64,000 bases of DNA from Camelus dromedarius (taxonomy: Eukaryota): NCBI RefSeq assembly GCF_036321535.1, contig NC_087436.1, forward strand, positions 88,290,001 through 88,354,000. The letters run 5' to 3'. How positions within the stretch are numbered: position 1 is the stretch's first letter; each line of letters opens with the position of its first letter. This document shows positions 1 through 13,710 of the stretch, one piece after another. Under the pieces are notes generated by a model. The model was not told where the DNA came from, ran no database searches, and saw nothing but the letters and a program-made list of their open reading frames with translations. The position numbers were made by a program, and so were the translations under genes.

Positions 1-129
1 AACTATCATCATCAATCCCTCTCGAAAGCATCCTGCATTCACTTTTGGCCCTCTCCAATCTACAGCTATGCATAAAACCTTATCAAAATGCAAATCCTAT
101 CATTTCTTCCTGCCTCCACACACTATCCC

Positions 130-670
130 TAGAATAAAACCCTTCAATATCTTCCCATTGCTTTTAGAATAAAGTCCAAGACCTTTAACATGGTTTCTAA
201 GGCCTTGCAGAGTCCGGCTCCTGCATACCTTTCGGCCTTATCTCCTCTCTCTCCTTCCCTAGTCTCCAGCCACCCTGGCTTGTTCCAGTTCCTCATGTGT
301 GCCAGGCTCCTTCCCACATGCTCCCACAGAGCCTCTGCACATGCTGTTCTCTCCATCTGAAACACTCTATTCCCTCCTTCACCTTGCCCTTTAGCCCACT
401 TAAATTTCCCTGAATCTTTATGACTCAGGCCAAACGTTACTCCCTGAGGCAAAATTCCTGTTTCTCCAAGCTCAAAGCACTGTATACCATTCTTTTATTA
501 CGTATCACCGGTTATAAAAATTATTTGTACTAATGTTTTCCCTACTAGATGATAAACTCCATGAGTGAAGGTACAGTGTCAGTCTTTCTTCATCATGTAT
601 CAGCAACCCTTTCCCCAATTCTTCATGCATAACAGGCTCTTATTAAATATTAACTGAATAAATGCATGAA
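130..670 (+). mobile_element. L2 LINE 3' fragment
   Basis: ctccagccaccctggct...gcacatgctgttctctc...aaatattaactgaataaatgcatgaa, a typical L2 3' end. Confidence 0.65.
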
Positions 671-1184
671 GGAGATTAGTTTGAACAGAGATGGACATCA
701 TATGAATGGATGAAATCAACAAAACAGAGAGAAACAGGGCAAAAGAGACCTGGTTAGGTGGGGGACAGGAAGAATGGGAAGTTTAATGGGTACAGAATTT
801 TAGTATATGGAATGGCAAACAAGTTCTGGAGATAGACAGTGGGGATGCCAATGCGAATGTATCTAATGTGCCACTAAATTGTATATTTTTAAATGGTTAA
901 AGTGGGAAATTCTATGTTATATAAATCCTACCACCAAAAGAAAGAAAAAAAGGGCAGAGAAGGGAGAACTTTGAAAGAGTGAAAAGAAAACCACAGTGAG
1001 AGTAAGGCAGGGTAAAAAAGATAATGCACTATCATAATAAAACAAGAGAAGAACATCTTAGGAACACATGGCAGGACACTGCAGAGAAGCTGAATGTGAT
1101 GGAGCAGAATGGTTCTGCTAGAATACAAAAGCTAAGTTCCTAGGAAGCTTTGCCTTATCATAAAATACATTTGAAAAACAAACT

Positions 1185-1300
1185 GGGGATGGTGTTGGGG
1201 CTGGGTAGAGCACATGCTTAGCATGCACAAGGTCCTGGGTTCAATCCCCAGTACCTCCATTTAAAAAACAAAACAAAGCAAAAAACAACAATCTCCCCTC
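1185..1300 (+). mobile_element. tRNA-derived camelid-type SINE (degenerate 5' end)
   Basis: ggtagagcacatgcttagcatgcacaaggtcctgggttcaatccccagtacc plus A-rich tail. Confidence 0.85.
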
Positions 1301-2466
1301 CAATATGGGAAAAAGGAAGTTTAGGACTACAAAGTTCAAACTTGTAATAGCCAAATTATTTTTTCCTTTAAATATATTATATTTACAATTATAACTATTG
1401 CTCTGTGCATACAGCTGTAAAATCTAAACATTGTTAAGCAGATCCAATACTTGATTATACCTAGTTTTGGTTCAAGAGTAATAGCTTCTCTTAACACACT
1501 CTTTCTATCTTCAATACCTTTGTTATAATAAAGCAAAAAGCTACTCACTCCAGTTGCTATTTCTGAAGTGCAACAGCTTTGGTTTTCTCAGCTATGCCCA
1601 TCCCATGTATTATTTTCTTATAATAATCATTCTCCTCATAGCCAAAGGAACTATACTTTAACTATAAACTACAGCCAGTTTAACTGTGTAGGCTCCCCCT
1701 GACTCTCCTGACCATTTACAGCTTACTAACAAGAGAGCACATATTTCAATAATAAAGCCAAAATAAACAATTATAAGCATATAGCTGCCAAGTAAACACA
1801 GAGCAAAAAACAAAACAAAACAAAAAACCTATTTAGGATTACAAATCATGCATTAATGTTTTACTACACGAGTATTCTAGGAAACTGATATTCTTAAAAC
1901 ATTGAGAGTAATTCCAAGAAAGAGTCAATAATATTTTTTCTACATTTCTAACACACTAGCATGCTACATTCAATGCCATAAATAGTGACACATACATTAT
2001 GTCAGGTTTGTGAATGCTATTAAACAGAGCACAAAAGCAATTTAAACCTAAAATTCCAAGTTAAAAAAAAAAACAACCCAACAAAGACAACAAGAAGGGG
2101 AAATGAATACATTTACTAAGCACTGTATGAGCCAGAAAAACATGCTAGGCTCTTTCATAAACATTATCGTTTAATCCTTAAAATAACCTTACAGTGCTCA
2201 TTCGCATGAGACAACTAAGCTCACAGGAGTTAAATAATTTGCAGAGAGTCTCACAGCAACCAAGTGATACAGTGAGAATGAGGTCTTTTTGTTTCTCAAC
2301 CTGTATCCTTCTACCACATCAAAATTTCCCTGGGGCTGGTGAGATGATTTTAGATGATACCAGAGAAAACTTTTTTTAATAGTTATTTGTTTTAGCTTGC
2401 ATTAGCAAAAAAGTTACCACATAAACACCTATTATTTTTTGGATATTATTTTTGAGGATGAAGCTA

Positions 2467-2991
<525 letters not shown>

Positions 2992-5389
2992 CTATAATCA
3001 TCAATATAAAACCAAATCTCAACTATTAAATGAACCCAAATGAGACCAACTGTCCAGTCCTAAAATGTCTTATTTTTCTCTTTTACTCTCTTCCAAAAAC
3101 TATGATGAAACATGTCTTTAAAATAGTTTATTCTGTTTTCAATAGATCTTGATTAACTCCCCAATATAATCATATCAAGTCTTGTCTAGGAGGCAGAATG
3201 CAGACAATAAATACCTTGCTTTCCAACTCCCCAGTTCCCTTCCTACCACAAACCACACAAAAATATACCATTAGTAATTCACCCCTTTTAGTTAATCAGT
3301 ACCCACTCTGCAGCCCTTTTCAAATAATATGTCAGAGAAAAGCAATACTTTAAAAAATCCTGAATAACAACATGAATCAATTTACTAAATTACTTCAGTC
3401 TGAGTAAAAAATAAAGGAAAAGTATTTTATAAGCTCCTGGGGAAGGTACATAAAAACAAAAAGGTAAAAAGATAGGAGAGAGGTATACTTAAATTTCTTA
3501 CTTCATTTGTTTTTCCTCAGATTAGTTCAGATTATATCAATTGATATTAACTTATTTCAAATGTGACTCCCCATGAAAAATGTGAAGTCATTTGAATTCT
3601 AATCAGAGTAGTTTTCAAATTAAGACACTTTGAGGGAATTCTATGAAGCAGACAAAAGTTTGCTTTGATATATTTACATAGTTAATTGTCTCAATAAGGC
3701 AAGGAGTTAATTACTTCACACTTTATGTTAATCAAGTTAGGGCAATAAAATGAAGTATGTTTCGGTGTAAATATTTAAATATATCTCTACAGTACTGGAA
3801 TTGATAAACTACTTTCTAGTGGAAATATGTACATTTTCCATCCATTCTCTCATCTCCCCTATCTATAACTTAGGTCTGTCACTCACATAGATTAGCTCTG
3901 ATCATATAATCAAGAAAGACTAATAAGGTAAACAATCATTTCTCTAGTCCACAATCTATATTCATTTGGAAAAAGTAATGAAGTATCTTATTAACAATTC
4001 AAAATAAAAATGAAACCAACATAATTCATTCTCTTTCTAGCTTAAATAGCACAAATGTTCCATAACAAATTTCTACCTCAGCACCCACACTTTAATTGTG
4101 ATAACTATCATATACTGATATTCTGTTAGTAAATATTTAGCAAACAAAACCTCTATAGATGAATAACAAACATTAACAAGATGACTTTATGATATTATCA
4201 CCACTCTTTCAATATGTAACTCTTCTCTACACTGACTGGTTTCAGACAATTTGCCCACACGACTCACATGTACCTACTATGTTCCTCCACTATTAGCTAT
4301 AAAACTCATTTTAAAAAGTGCAAGGAACATGAGTGAACCTCAAAACCATGCTGAGTGAAAGAAGCCAGAGACACAAAAAAAACACACATTGTATGATTCA
4401 TCTACATGAAAAGGACACGAAGCAAAAGTAGATCAACAAATCCTACATTTACTTCCCTTACTGGCAAAAGACAATGTTCTTTCCTTCCATTAACAGATAA
4501 AAGGTAAAGTAGCAAACTGTCCATTCCTAGAATGATGAAAAGGGGGAAACTGATTTCATAACCCTTGCATGTGCCAACTATCTTCTATTACTCCATTCTC
4601 TTATTTCAGTGCCCCATCACTAAAAATGATCACTAAAAATGGAGGGCTCTGGCCCATATGATATTGGCAGCAAACTACTCATCAGTCAGGGATTCTTTGG
4701 TTGACATTTCACAAGACTTCTAAATCTGCCAGAGAATACATGACCTGGACTGTAGCATGTAAGTAGATGCTCCTTTAGCAAAACCAAGGTGATTTCAGCC
4801 CCTGAATTTAAAAAAAAAAAAACCCTCAAAAGAATCCCAAACAAAAATAGTTGCAATAACCGTGCATATTATCTCCTTTGCTCATCTCTTACAAACACAT
4901 AGACTTCTTCAAAATAACTATTTGCCTACACAGTTTTTCACTGACTGACACTTTTGAATTTCTTAAATAATTTATGGTTTAATCAAGAGGGACTTAGTTC
5001 TGATGGACACAGCCAGTTTAGTAACTTAAAAACAGGTTGAGATTGTCAAATTTTTACTTGTCAAGAAAATTTTAGCAGAAATAGGGTAATATGTTTCCAG
5101 TTAAGTCATAGAGGCCCACTGGAGGAACAGAACCTCCACCTCTACACCAAGCACCAACACAACAGAAGGAGGCAATGGGAAATGGAGCACCTTGTCTCCC
5201 TTTTCCCCACTCTCCCTGTGTCAGTAGGGCCCAACAGGGAGCTGATTTTTGCACCCCATCCATTTGAAAGGAGGCGGTGTGAGCCAGTGCTCCACTTTTG
5301 CCAAGGTGGTGTCAGCAGGGCCTGGCAGGGAGCCGAACATCCACTCCTATTCAGGTCCATGCACTACACCTTAACAAGGTGATTAACTG

Positions 5390-7540
5390 AAAAAAGAAGA
5401 AATGATTTATGAGTCTCACAAACACAATACCTATAATGTCCAGGATACGAATGGAAATCATCATACCAAAAATACAGTTAAAGGAGGGGTAAAGAACAGA
5501 AACAATTGAGTCACACTGATAACAAACAGCAAAATGGCAGACATAAACCCAACCATACCAATAATTACATTAAATGTTAATAGACTGAGGGCCCTAACTC
5601 AAAAGACAGAGATGGTCAGACTGAATGGAAAAAAAAAAGACCAAATGTATATTGTCTACAAAAGAAACAACTTAGATTCAAAGTCACAAACAGGTTGAAA
5701 GTAAAAGAATGGGAAAATAGGAACCATAAGAGAGCTGAAGTTTATGAAATATTACTACTACAGAAGAGAGATATACCATATCATTAGGAAGATATAACAA
5801 TTAAACATTCAGTATCGGTAATAGAATTCAAAGGAAAAAATACAGAAATTTTGGAGTTTTTTCAACAGCTCCTCATGAATAACTAAAAAAAGAACTACAG
5901 GGAAAATCAGTAAGGATATAGAAGACTTGAACAACATTATCAACATTAGTTAACTGACATTCATGGGACGATCCACCCAAAAACAACAGAATACATTCTT
6001 AAGTGCACAAAGAACATTCTCCAGGACAGTCCATCAACTAGACCATTAAAAAATCTTTTTGAATTTAAAAAAATTGAAAATCTTCAAAGTCTGTTCTCTG
6101 ACCACAGTGGAGTTAAATTAGAAATCAACAACAAAAAGGAATTTAGTAAATCCCAAATATCTGGAAATTAAATAACATACTTATAAATAACCACAGGTCA
6201 AAGAATACATCACAAGAAAACATCCTAAACTAGAGAAAAACAATATAGCATAGTACTGGTAACTATGTGATGAAGCTAATGAAGAACTTGGGGGAAATTT
6301 TATAATTTTAACCTCCTATCAGTAAAGAAATCTCAAATCAACAGTCTAAGCATTTAAAAAAAAAAAAAAAAAAGAAGAGCAAATTAAACCCAAACGAAAA
6401 ATATTGGTAGAAATCAATGAAATTAAAAAAGAGAAAGAGAAAAAAGAAACTGAAGTTGGTTCTTTGAAAAGATTAAAAAAAAAAAAAAGAATGTAAATCT
6501 TTAGTCAGATTTACCTAGAAAAAGAACACATGAATTACCAAAACCAGAAAGAAAGGGTGAGTGTTGCTATAAACACTACCAATATTAAAAGAATTGTAAG
6601 GGAATATTATCAACAACTTTATCCCAACAGATAGGATAGACAAATTCCTAGAAAGATACAAGTTATCAAGTGAGACTCTAGAAGAAAAGAGCCTCTGAAG
6701 AGATTTATTTTAAAAAAAATTGAATTAGTAATTAGAAATCTTCCTGCAAAGGAGAGCCCAGGTGAAGATGCCTTTACTTACTAATTTTATCAGTACTAAG
6801 GAAAAATAATGCCAATCTTACAAACTCTTTCAGAAAAATAGATCTAATGATGAAAGACTGAATGCTTCTCCTAAGACTGGGCACAACGTTAAGGGATGTA
6901 CACTCTCACCACTTCTATGCCATGCAGTAGTGGAGTGTCCAGCCAGTACAACGCCAGCACAATAAGGCAAGAAAAATGTATTAAAGGCATCCATATTAGA
7001 AAGAAAGAAGTAAAATTGTCTTTATTCACAGACAATGACCCTGTACATAGGAAATCCTTTGTAGGAATCTATCAAAAATCAACTAGACTTAAGTGCAAGG
7101 TCACAGGATATAAAATCAACATGCAAAAAAAAAAAAAAAACAACTGTGTTTCTATATATTATCAATGAACAATTCAAATATGAAATAAATATAACAATTC
7201 CATTCACAATAGCATCAATTTAGGAATAAATTTAATAAATGAGGTACAAGATAACAAATTAAATACAAGATTTGTATATTGAAAATGATAAAACATTGCT
7301 GAGAGAAATTAAAGGAGATTTAAATAAATGGAGAGAGGTAACTTGTTCACAGATTTCAAGACTTGATATTGTTAAAATGTCAATTCTTTCAAGTTGATCA
7401 ACATAATTAATACAATCCCTAAGAAATCTCAGAAGGCATTTTTATAGAAACTGACAATTTGATTCTAAAAGTTAAATGAAAATGTAAAGATAAAAAATTG
7501 CCGAAAGAATTTTGAAAAAAAATCTTTTGTTTTTAAATTT
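5390..7540 (+). mobile_element. Old L1 (L1M-type) ORF2 fragments with internal deletions
   Basis: A-rich; endonuclease/RT-region remnants such as IRQEKCIKGIHIRKKEVKLSLFTD (ORF 6896-7168). Antisense to SLAIN2. Confidence 0.85.
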
Positions 7541-8224
7541 CAAAATCTCTGATCTTGCTCCCTTCCAAACCATTCTATATACTGCAGCCCATTTGTTTTC
7601 TAAAATATGTATCTATTAACAATATTCCTCTGCTAAAAATTATATGTCAGTTGCCTTTTGCCCTTAGGATGGTCTTTTCCAAAACACAGCCCCCACGGCC
7701 CTTAAGACACAGCAATGATCTAACTGTTACAGTACTTTTTTTTTTAGCTACATTTCTCACCCTCCTTCACCACTCAAATCTAAATAACAGCCATATGGTA
7801 CTAATTTCTATTCCTGGAAACCCAGCACTTCTGCTTCTAGGTCATTTGTGCATGCTGCCCACCTTGCCTTAAACAAATTCAGTTCCACTCTTGCTTACCT
7901 TAGCCTCCCCTGTCAAATTCAGCCAGCCCATTCTACTTTCTACTGAGTCTCAGCTTCAATGTCACTTCTTTAGAGAAACCTTTCTTAAGTACCTGTCATA
8001 AGACTATATTAGGTGCCCCAACTATGTACTACACGGTAAAGCAAGGTTTTCTAATAAAGCATTCTTGTAGCCACTTACATATGCCCCATCAAAAAGGAAA
8101 TTCTACCTCTAACCCTCTTTTAATTACAAGAAACTTACCTTATTCATTTTTTGTCCTGTTTGAAGTTTTTAAGTTGGTATTTATAAGTTGAAAACAAACA
8201 TTTAAAAAATATATTAGGGGCAAT

Positions 8225-8265
8225 AAAAATGCTGCAATATGGGTGAACCTCAAAAACATGAAGCT

Positions 8266-8303
<38 letters not shown>

Positions 8304-8600
8304 AGCCACAAAAGACCACATACTGCATGATACCATTCATGTGGAATGTCTAGAATAGGCAAATATGAGACAGAAAGTAGATTAGTGGTTGCCCAGGGAT
8401 GGGAGAGGGGGTGGGAAGAAGAGAAATGAGAAGTGACTGCTTATGGCACAAGGTTTCTTTTGGGGATACTGAAAATATTCTAAACAAAGATTATGGTCAT
8501 GGTTGTACTATTCCAGATATACTAGAAATCACTCAATACTAAAAACAGATGAATTTTATGAATGTAAATTCTATCTCAATAAAGCTGTTTTAAAAAAAAT
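8225..8600 (+). mobile_element. L1M(B-like) 3' end
   Basis: gacagaaagtagattagtggttgcccaggg...tatctcaataaagctgtt. Confidence 0.8.
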
Positions 8601-9574
8601 CTATTAGAAATAATTGGCCTTTCAAGATACTGCTTCTTCCCATAGAACAGTCATTACAAAGGAATTAAACATTAAATGTAATTTATGTATACTGTTAAAT
8701 ACTGTGAGGACTAGTAAAGATGTAATTAAGAGTATGAATATTAAAAGGAAACTGAACCATAACAAATCATATTTTGTCCCATATGTCTCACATACCTTAT
8801 GACTAGTAATAAAAAGAACTAAGAATATAATCTATTCTTTAAAAGTAACTTTAGTAATTAATATAGAAATGTATAAATGTAAGGAGTGATAACAACCTCC
8901 CTCCCCCTACCAATTCTAAAAATTGGTTAAATTCATTAAAAGATGGAGATAAGATGAGAGACAGGAGATAATTTGCTGAATTTATGGTAACCACAGTAGT
9001 CACTTTTCATGTTGCAGTCAGCTAAAAGTAAACTAGGGAAGCTAAGAACAGTAAAGATTTAACTTTATTTAAAGTAAAAATAAGTTATATTAAAATTGTT
9101 ACTGAAATAAATTTCTTTAGATTGGTGTAAAATCTTTTACAGGCCAAGGAAAATCAGATTTTAATATCTCAAAATCACCTTTCTCTGTTTAATAAGGCAT
9201 ATCCAAGGCAAAAGAATAGAGCCTTTGTCTTCACAAACATCAATATATATTCCCTGGCACAGTAATTGGCATTTACAGACTATTAAATACTTGTGTCTGA
9301 ATGAACACTGAACAAAGCAACCATGATTACAATGTTTTTAAAAATATGTATGAAAAAAGATAAAGGAAACATAACAAAGTAAGATCAAAGTGGCCATTTT
9401 GAGATTGTAATTTTATTCCTGTAATTTTGTATTTTTTAAAGTTTCATTAATAGAAGTATCTTCGGTCTTATCCATGTATAAATATAATTAAATAATTTTA
9501 AACTATTAGTATACATTGCTTTACAATGATTTAACAAGCTTTCTTAGTCAATGTGAAATGATAATATTATCAAT

Positions 9575-9810
9575 TTTATCAAATGTTTATTACATGCCAA
9601 GCATGATTTCAGTATTTTAAATATACTAACTCTTTCAATCTTCACAATAATCTTATGAGATACATAGGTACTTTTATAATCCCTGTTTTACAGATGAGGT
9701 CACTTAGGCACAGTGAGATAAATGACTTGCCCAAGGTGACACAGCTGTTAAGTGGCAAAATTAGGATTGCTCCAGAACCTAAACTCTTCACTACTATACT
9801 TTGCTGCTTA
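9575..9810 (-). mobile_element. MIR SINE
   Basis: Core ttttacagatgagg...gacttgcccaaggtgacacagct. Confidence 0.8.
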
Positions 9811-10257
9811 ATACCATTGTTTAAAAAGAATGCAAAAGATCCTGGAATTAAAGACTTCAATACAGTAATCATTCTAAGGACCTCCTGCTGTTCCCTGCTC
9901 TCTCCTGAGCTCTATGAACCATTAAATATAAAGTTGTAATCAATTCCACTATTGCAAACAAAAAATCACAACTCAATTGAAGAAAAATATCTTCAGTTCA
10001 TATACAGCAAGTCTTTTTGAAATCTTAGTAATAAATAACAGTAGTAAATCCTTAGCAAAGCAAATTCATTAATAAAGTCTTAGAACAGTTTACAAGCACT
10101 GAAGTGACATTAACTGCAGGATAGGATACAGATATAAATTGCTGGTACAACAGCAGAACACAACATAGTGAACCAAAAAAAAAAAAAAAACCAAAAAAAA
10201 AAAAAAAACGGGACAGAGCAAGCAGAACAGACTGAAGAGTTTTAAAGTAGTAAATCC

Positions 10258-10340
10258 AGTATGATAGAAAAATTTTGCTGTGCACCAGAAACTGACACAA
10301 CATTGTAAACTGACTATAACTCAATTAAAAAGTTAAAAAA
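10258..10340 (+). mobile_element. Extremely 5'-truncated young L1 (about 83 bp)
   Basis: gacacaacattgtaaactgactataactcaat plus A tail; exact 14-bp TSD AAAGTAGTAAATCC at 10244-10257 and 10341-10354. Confidence 0.85.
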
Positions 10341-13300
10341 AAAGTAGTAAATCCCAAACTTTTAGACAATGACACTTTATGCTTCCATTTTCATTTCACA
10401 ACTCTCTTGATTCTCATTTTGATACGGCATGTATTATTTTTTAATTTTAAGAAAATCAAAACAATTTTGATATTCCTTGGGACGCCACAAAACTGGGGCT
10501 GGAAATGACTTCTTTAAAAAGACAAACATCTAGTGTTGAGGCATAACCATGTACTGCTGGGAAACAATAGTCACAGTGAGATCAACTGGGAGCGTATCAA
10601 TCAGAAAACGGGTTGTTTCTTTTTGGGAAAAGACATCAGGAAAACTGGAAGACTCAAACTATACCAGACTCTGCAAATTGTGGCAATAGCCACAAAGCAG
10701 GAGACAGTCTTAATGTATACTAATACTTATCTGTCCAGCCACAATTGCATCAATAGCAAATACTACTGATAGCAGAATTTTTAGTCCACAGAATACATGG
10801 ATTTATATGTGTGTGTGTGTGTGTGTATCTCACTTTATGCTTCCCATTTTCATTTCTGTATCTGTCATTCTGTATCTATATCTCAGACACACACACAGGT
10901 ATATACACATACAAAAACATGTATTATATGAAATATGTGTATGTATTCCATACTAATTCTCTTAGAGTATCTTGCTTGTTAATGGCTAACTTTATCTGTG
11001 AAATGCCTTAAAAAGGATCTTAGCTATAGAAACCATGGTTCTTATGGCTAAAAAGCCATAACATTTAGCAAATATATCCTTCAAATCCCAAATAATAATA
11101 ATGCATACTGACTTTCAACTAAGCTTAGGTTTTTAAAATTAATATGTATATTTCTTAGTGTTGAGATTTCTGTAAAAATACCTGAGAAAATATGCAAAAG
11201 CATGAAGTTAGAATCCACTAAACACTGTTAACAAAGGTTTATCAATGTAATAAAGATTAAACTGTCCTCCCAGAGAATTTTCTATTTGCAGTATTCTGAA
11301 AGGTTCTGAAATTAGTTTCCTGGATTTTTATAGAATTAAAATATTTTGTCCACTATGTGAAAATATGAACCTAGTAAGAACAGAAGAAATCTAAACACTT
11401 GTATTTAAATACACACATATTCAATACAGGTATTTAACCTCAACAATAGGCTAGCCTAAAATATCAGGTAATTGAAGTGCTAAAGAGAATTTGGTGTTAT
11501 CTTTGTGTTATATGCCAGAGTAGGAAGAGAGAATACTACACTATACTCAGCTTATGGAACTAAAGCTAATATTAAGACCAGTCCAGACAGTCTCTTCTCT
11601 TTTTCTTTTCAGTTATATGGAAAGAAACGTAAGAACAGGTATGTGAATTCCTTATTATTAAAGTGTACTATATACTGAGATAGTTAGACTGTATAAAATA
11701 CATTTGGGGGAATGGGGGAAAGTATTTTTAGATAATTTGGACAATTCGGTATTGTCCTGAAGAGAAAACCAATCTAGGCTCCACTGTTAGAATCTGTAGT
11801 TGTTGTGTGTGTATACAATTAATATGTAATTATTTCACTCTCCCTTATGTAGAACTCCAAGCACCTCAGGGGCAGGAACAAGAATATTTCATATCATGTC
11901 TTATGCCCCATCCTCACCCCCAAAGAAAACTGCCAGGCACTTAACAGAAAAGGAACACCATATCACAGAATGAATGAAGAAAATAACTATGAAGAATTCA
12001 CAACAAAGCACTGTACTTTTTCCTGAAAAATTACACTCATGGAAATTTTACAGTTATTCTTGACTATAGCATTTGGTTACCCCAGTTGTAAGACAAGAAG
12101 AACTAAATTTTTCTTATTTTAATCCATATCCATTTCTACTCTATTTGTTTCTTCAAAATACCCGTGACAACTAATCAGGATCTCTCCCAAGTGACAGTAA
12201 TGAAATCATCCCAGTGTCTTTAAGAGGCTTAATTTAATCTATTTTCCAGTCCCTTAACTTTCTTCTCTTTCCTATTAGTTTTTTCCGTAACACTTACTAA
12301 AGTTGCATTACCAAAGCTAGAAGTGATGACATGAAGGTCTGAAAATACACATTATAAATGGAACAAATAAGCTCTTCACACACTTTCTATATCATATGAT
12401 TTTTGCTATTTTATCAACTGCTGTCTCACAAGATACAACTATGTATTTGCTCCTACTACAGTTTATTCTGTTTACGAGAAACTTTTTAAAATTTGAATAA
12501 GTCTTTTTTTTTGTTTCATCATAACCAACCATTATTGTTTGAACATACAAGATGTTCTAATAGTTTTAGTCCTAGTCTTTCTCTTGGGTGTCAGTCACGG
12601 AGCTGTGCTTACTATAGACATCCTCTCAAAATCAAACATCCCCAAACAAACTTAAAATGGCACCATTATTTTTTCCAGTCAACAAATGAAAACATTTTAT
12701 ACTAACTCTGTTTTCTCTCTTCATATATTCAATCAACACAACCTATTGATTCATTAAACAGGTTTCCCCATACCTACCTGATTTTCAACCTTTCAGTCTA
12801 TCCTCTATCCTCTACCACTTAAACTCTCTAAAACACAGGTCAGAATAAACATTGTTTTAGAGCTCAGAAACTTTCCCACTGGATATAGTTCCCAGCCTAA
12901 TATTCAAGATCCTGTGTTATCCAATTCAAAACCACGTCCTTTGATCTTCTCTCCCAAGTACTCCAGTAAAAACAAAAACCCTCCTGTTGGGCCAAACCGG
13001 CCAAATAAATGTTTACTTCATGCATAGACAGTTAAACTACAGACACCTTTGATTATAGTTCTTTTTATCATGGGGGAAAAATAATTTCCTTTCCATTTTC
13101 CTTGTCTAACCCAAGCCATACTTCAAGACCAATTCAAGACCTTCCTTTTTCATGAGGCTTTCCAATTGCCACAGTCCTTACAGCTACTCCTTATCATCTT
13201 AACATAGTGCTCTACTCATAGCAGATATTCAATAAATATTTGATGATTACTTCTAGGGTGACCGTTCATCCCAGTTTGCCCAGGGAAGTTCTCATTTAAA

Positions 13301-13564
13301 CCTGTTGTTTGGCATTGCAGCACTCCCTTGACTCTCAAACAGTGTCTAGGTTTGTATAAAAAAAAAAAAACAAAAAAAAAAAAACAGAAAAACAACGAAA
13401 AAAATACAACCACTTTAGTTTTCTCTCATTTTCAAAATATTACTATTTTATGACTTAAAAATGCAAATGGAGCAATGTTACTAGAATAAGATACTTATTC
13501 CTGAAATACAGCACTAAATATTTCTGGTTAAGTAGACACCATACCGTAAGTATGCTTTAAGGCA

Positions 13565-13710
13565 ATTCTTGGGGTGATTTTGCCCCCCAGGAAACATCTG
13601 GCAATGTGACATTTTTATTTGGCCAGGGATGTTGCTAGACATCCTACAATACACAGGACAGTCCCCACAACAAAGAATTATCTGGCCCAAAATGTCAATA
13701 CCCTCAAATA
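13565..13710. mobile_element. MER20-like hAT-Charlie element
   Basis: ggggtgattttgccccccagg...ccccacaacaaagaattatctggcccaaaatgtcaata. Confidence 0.8.
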
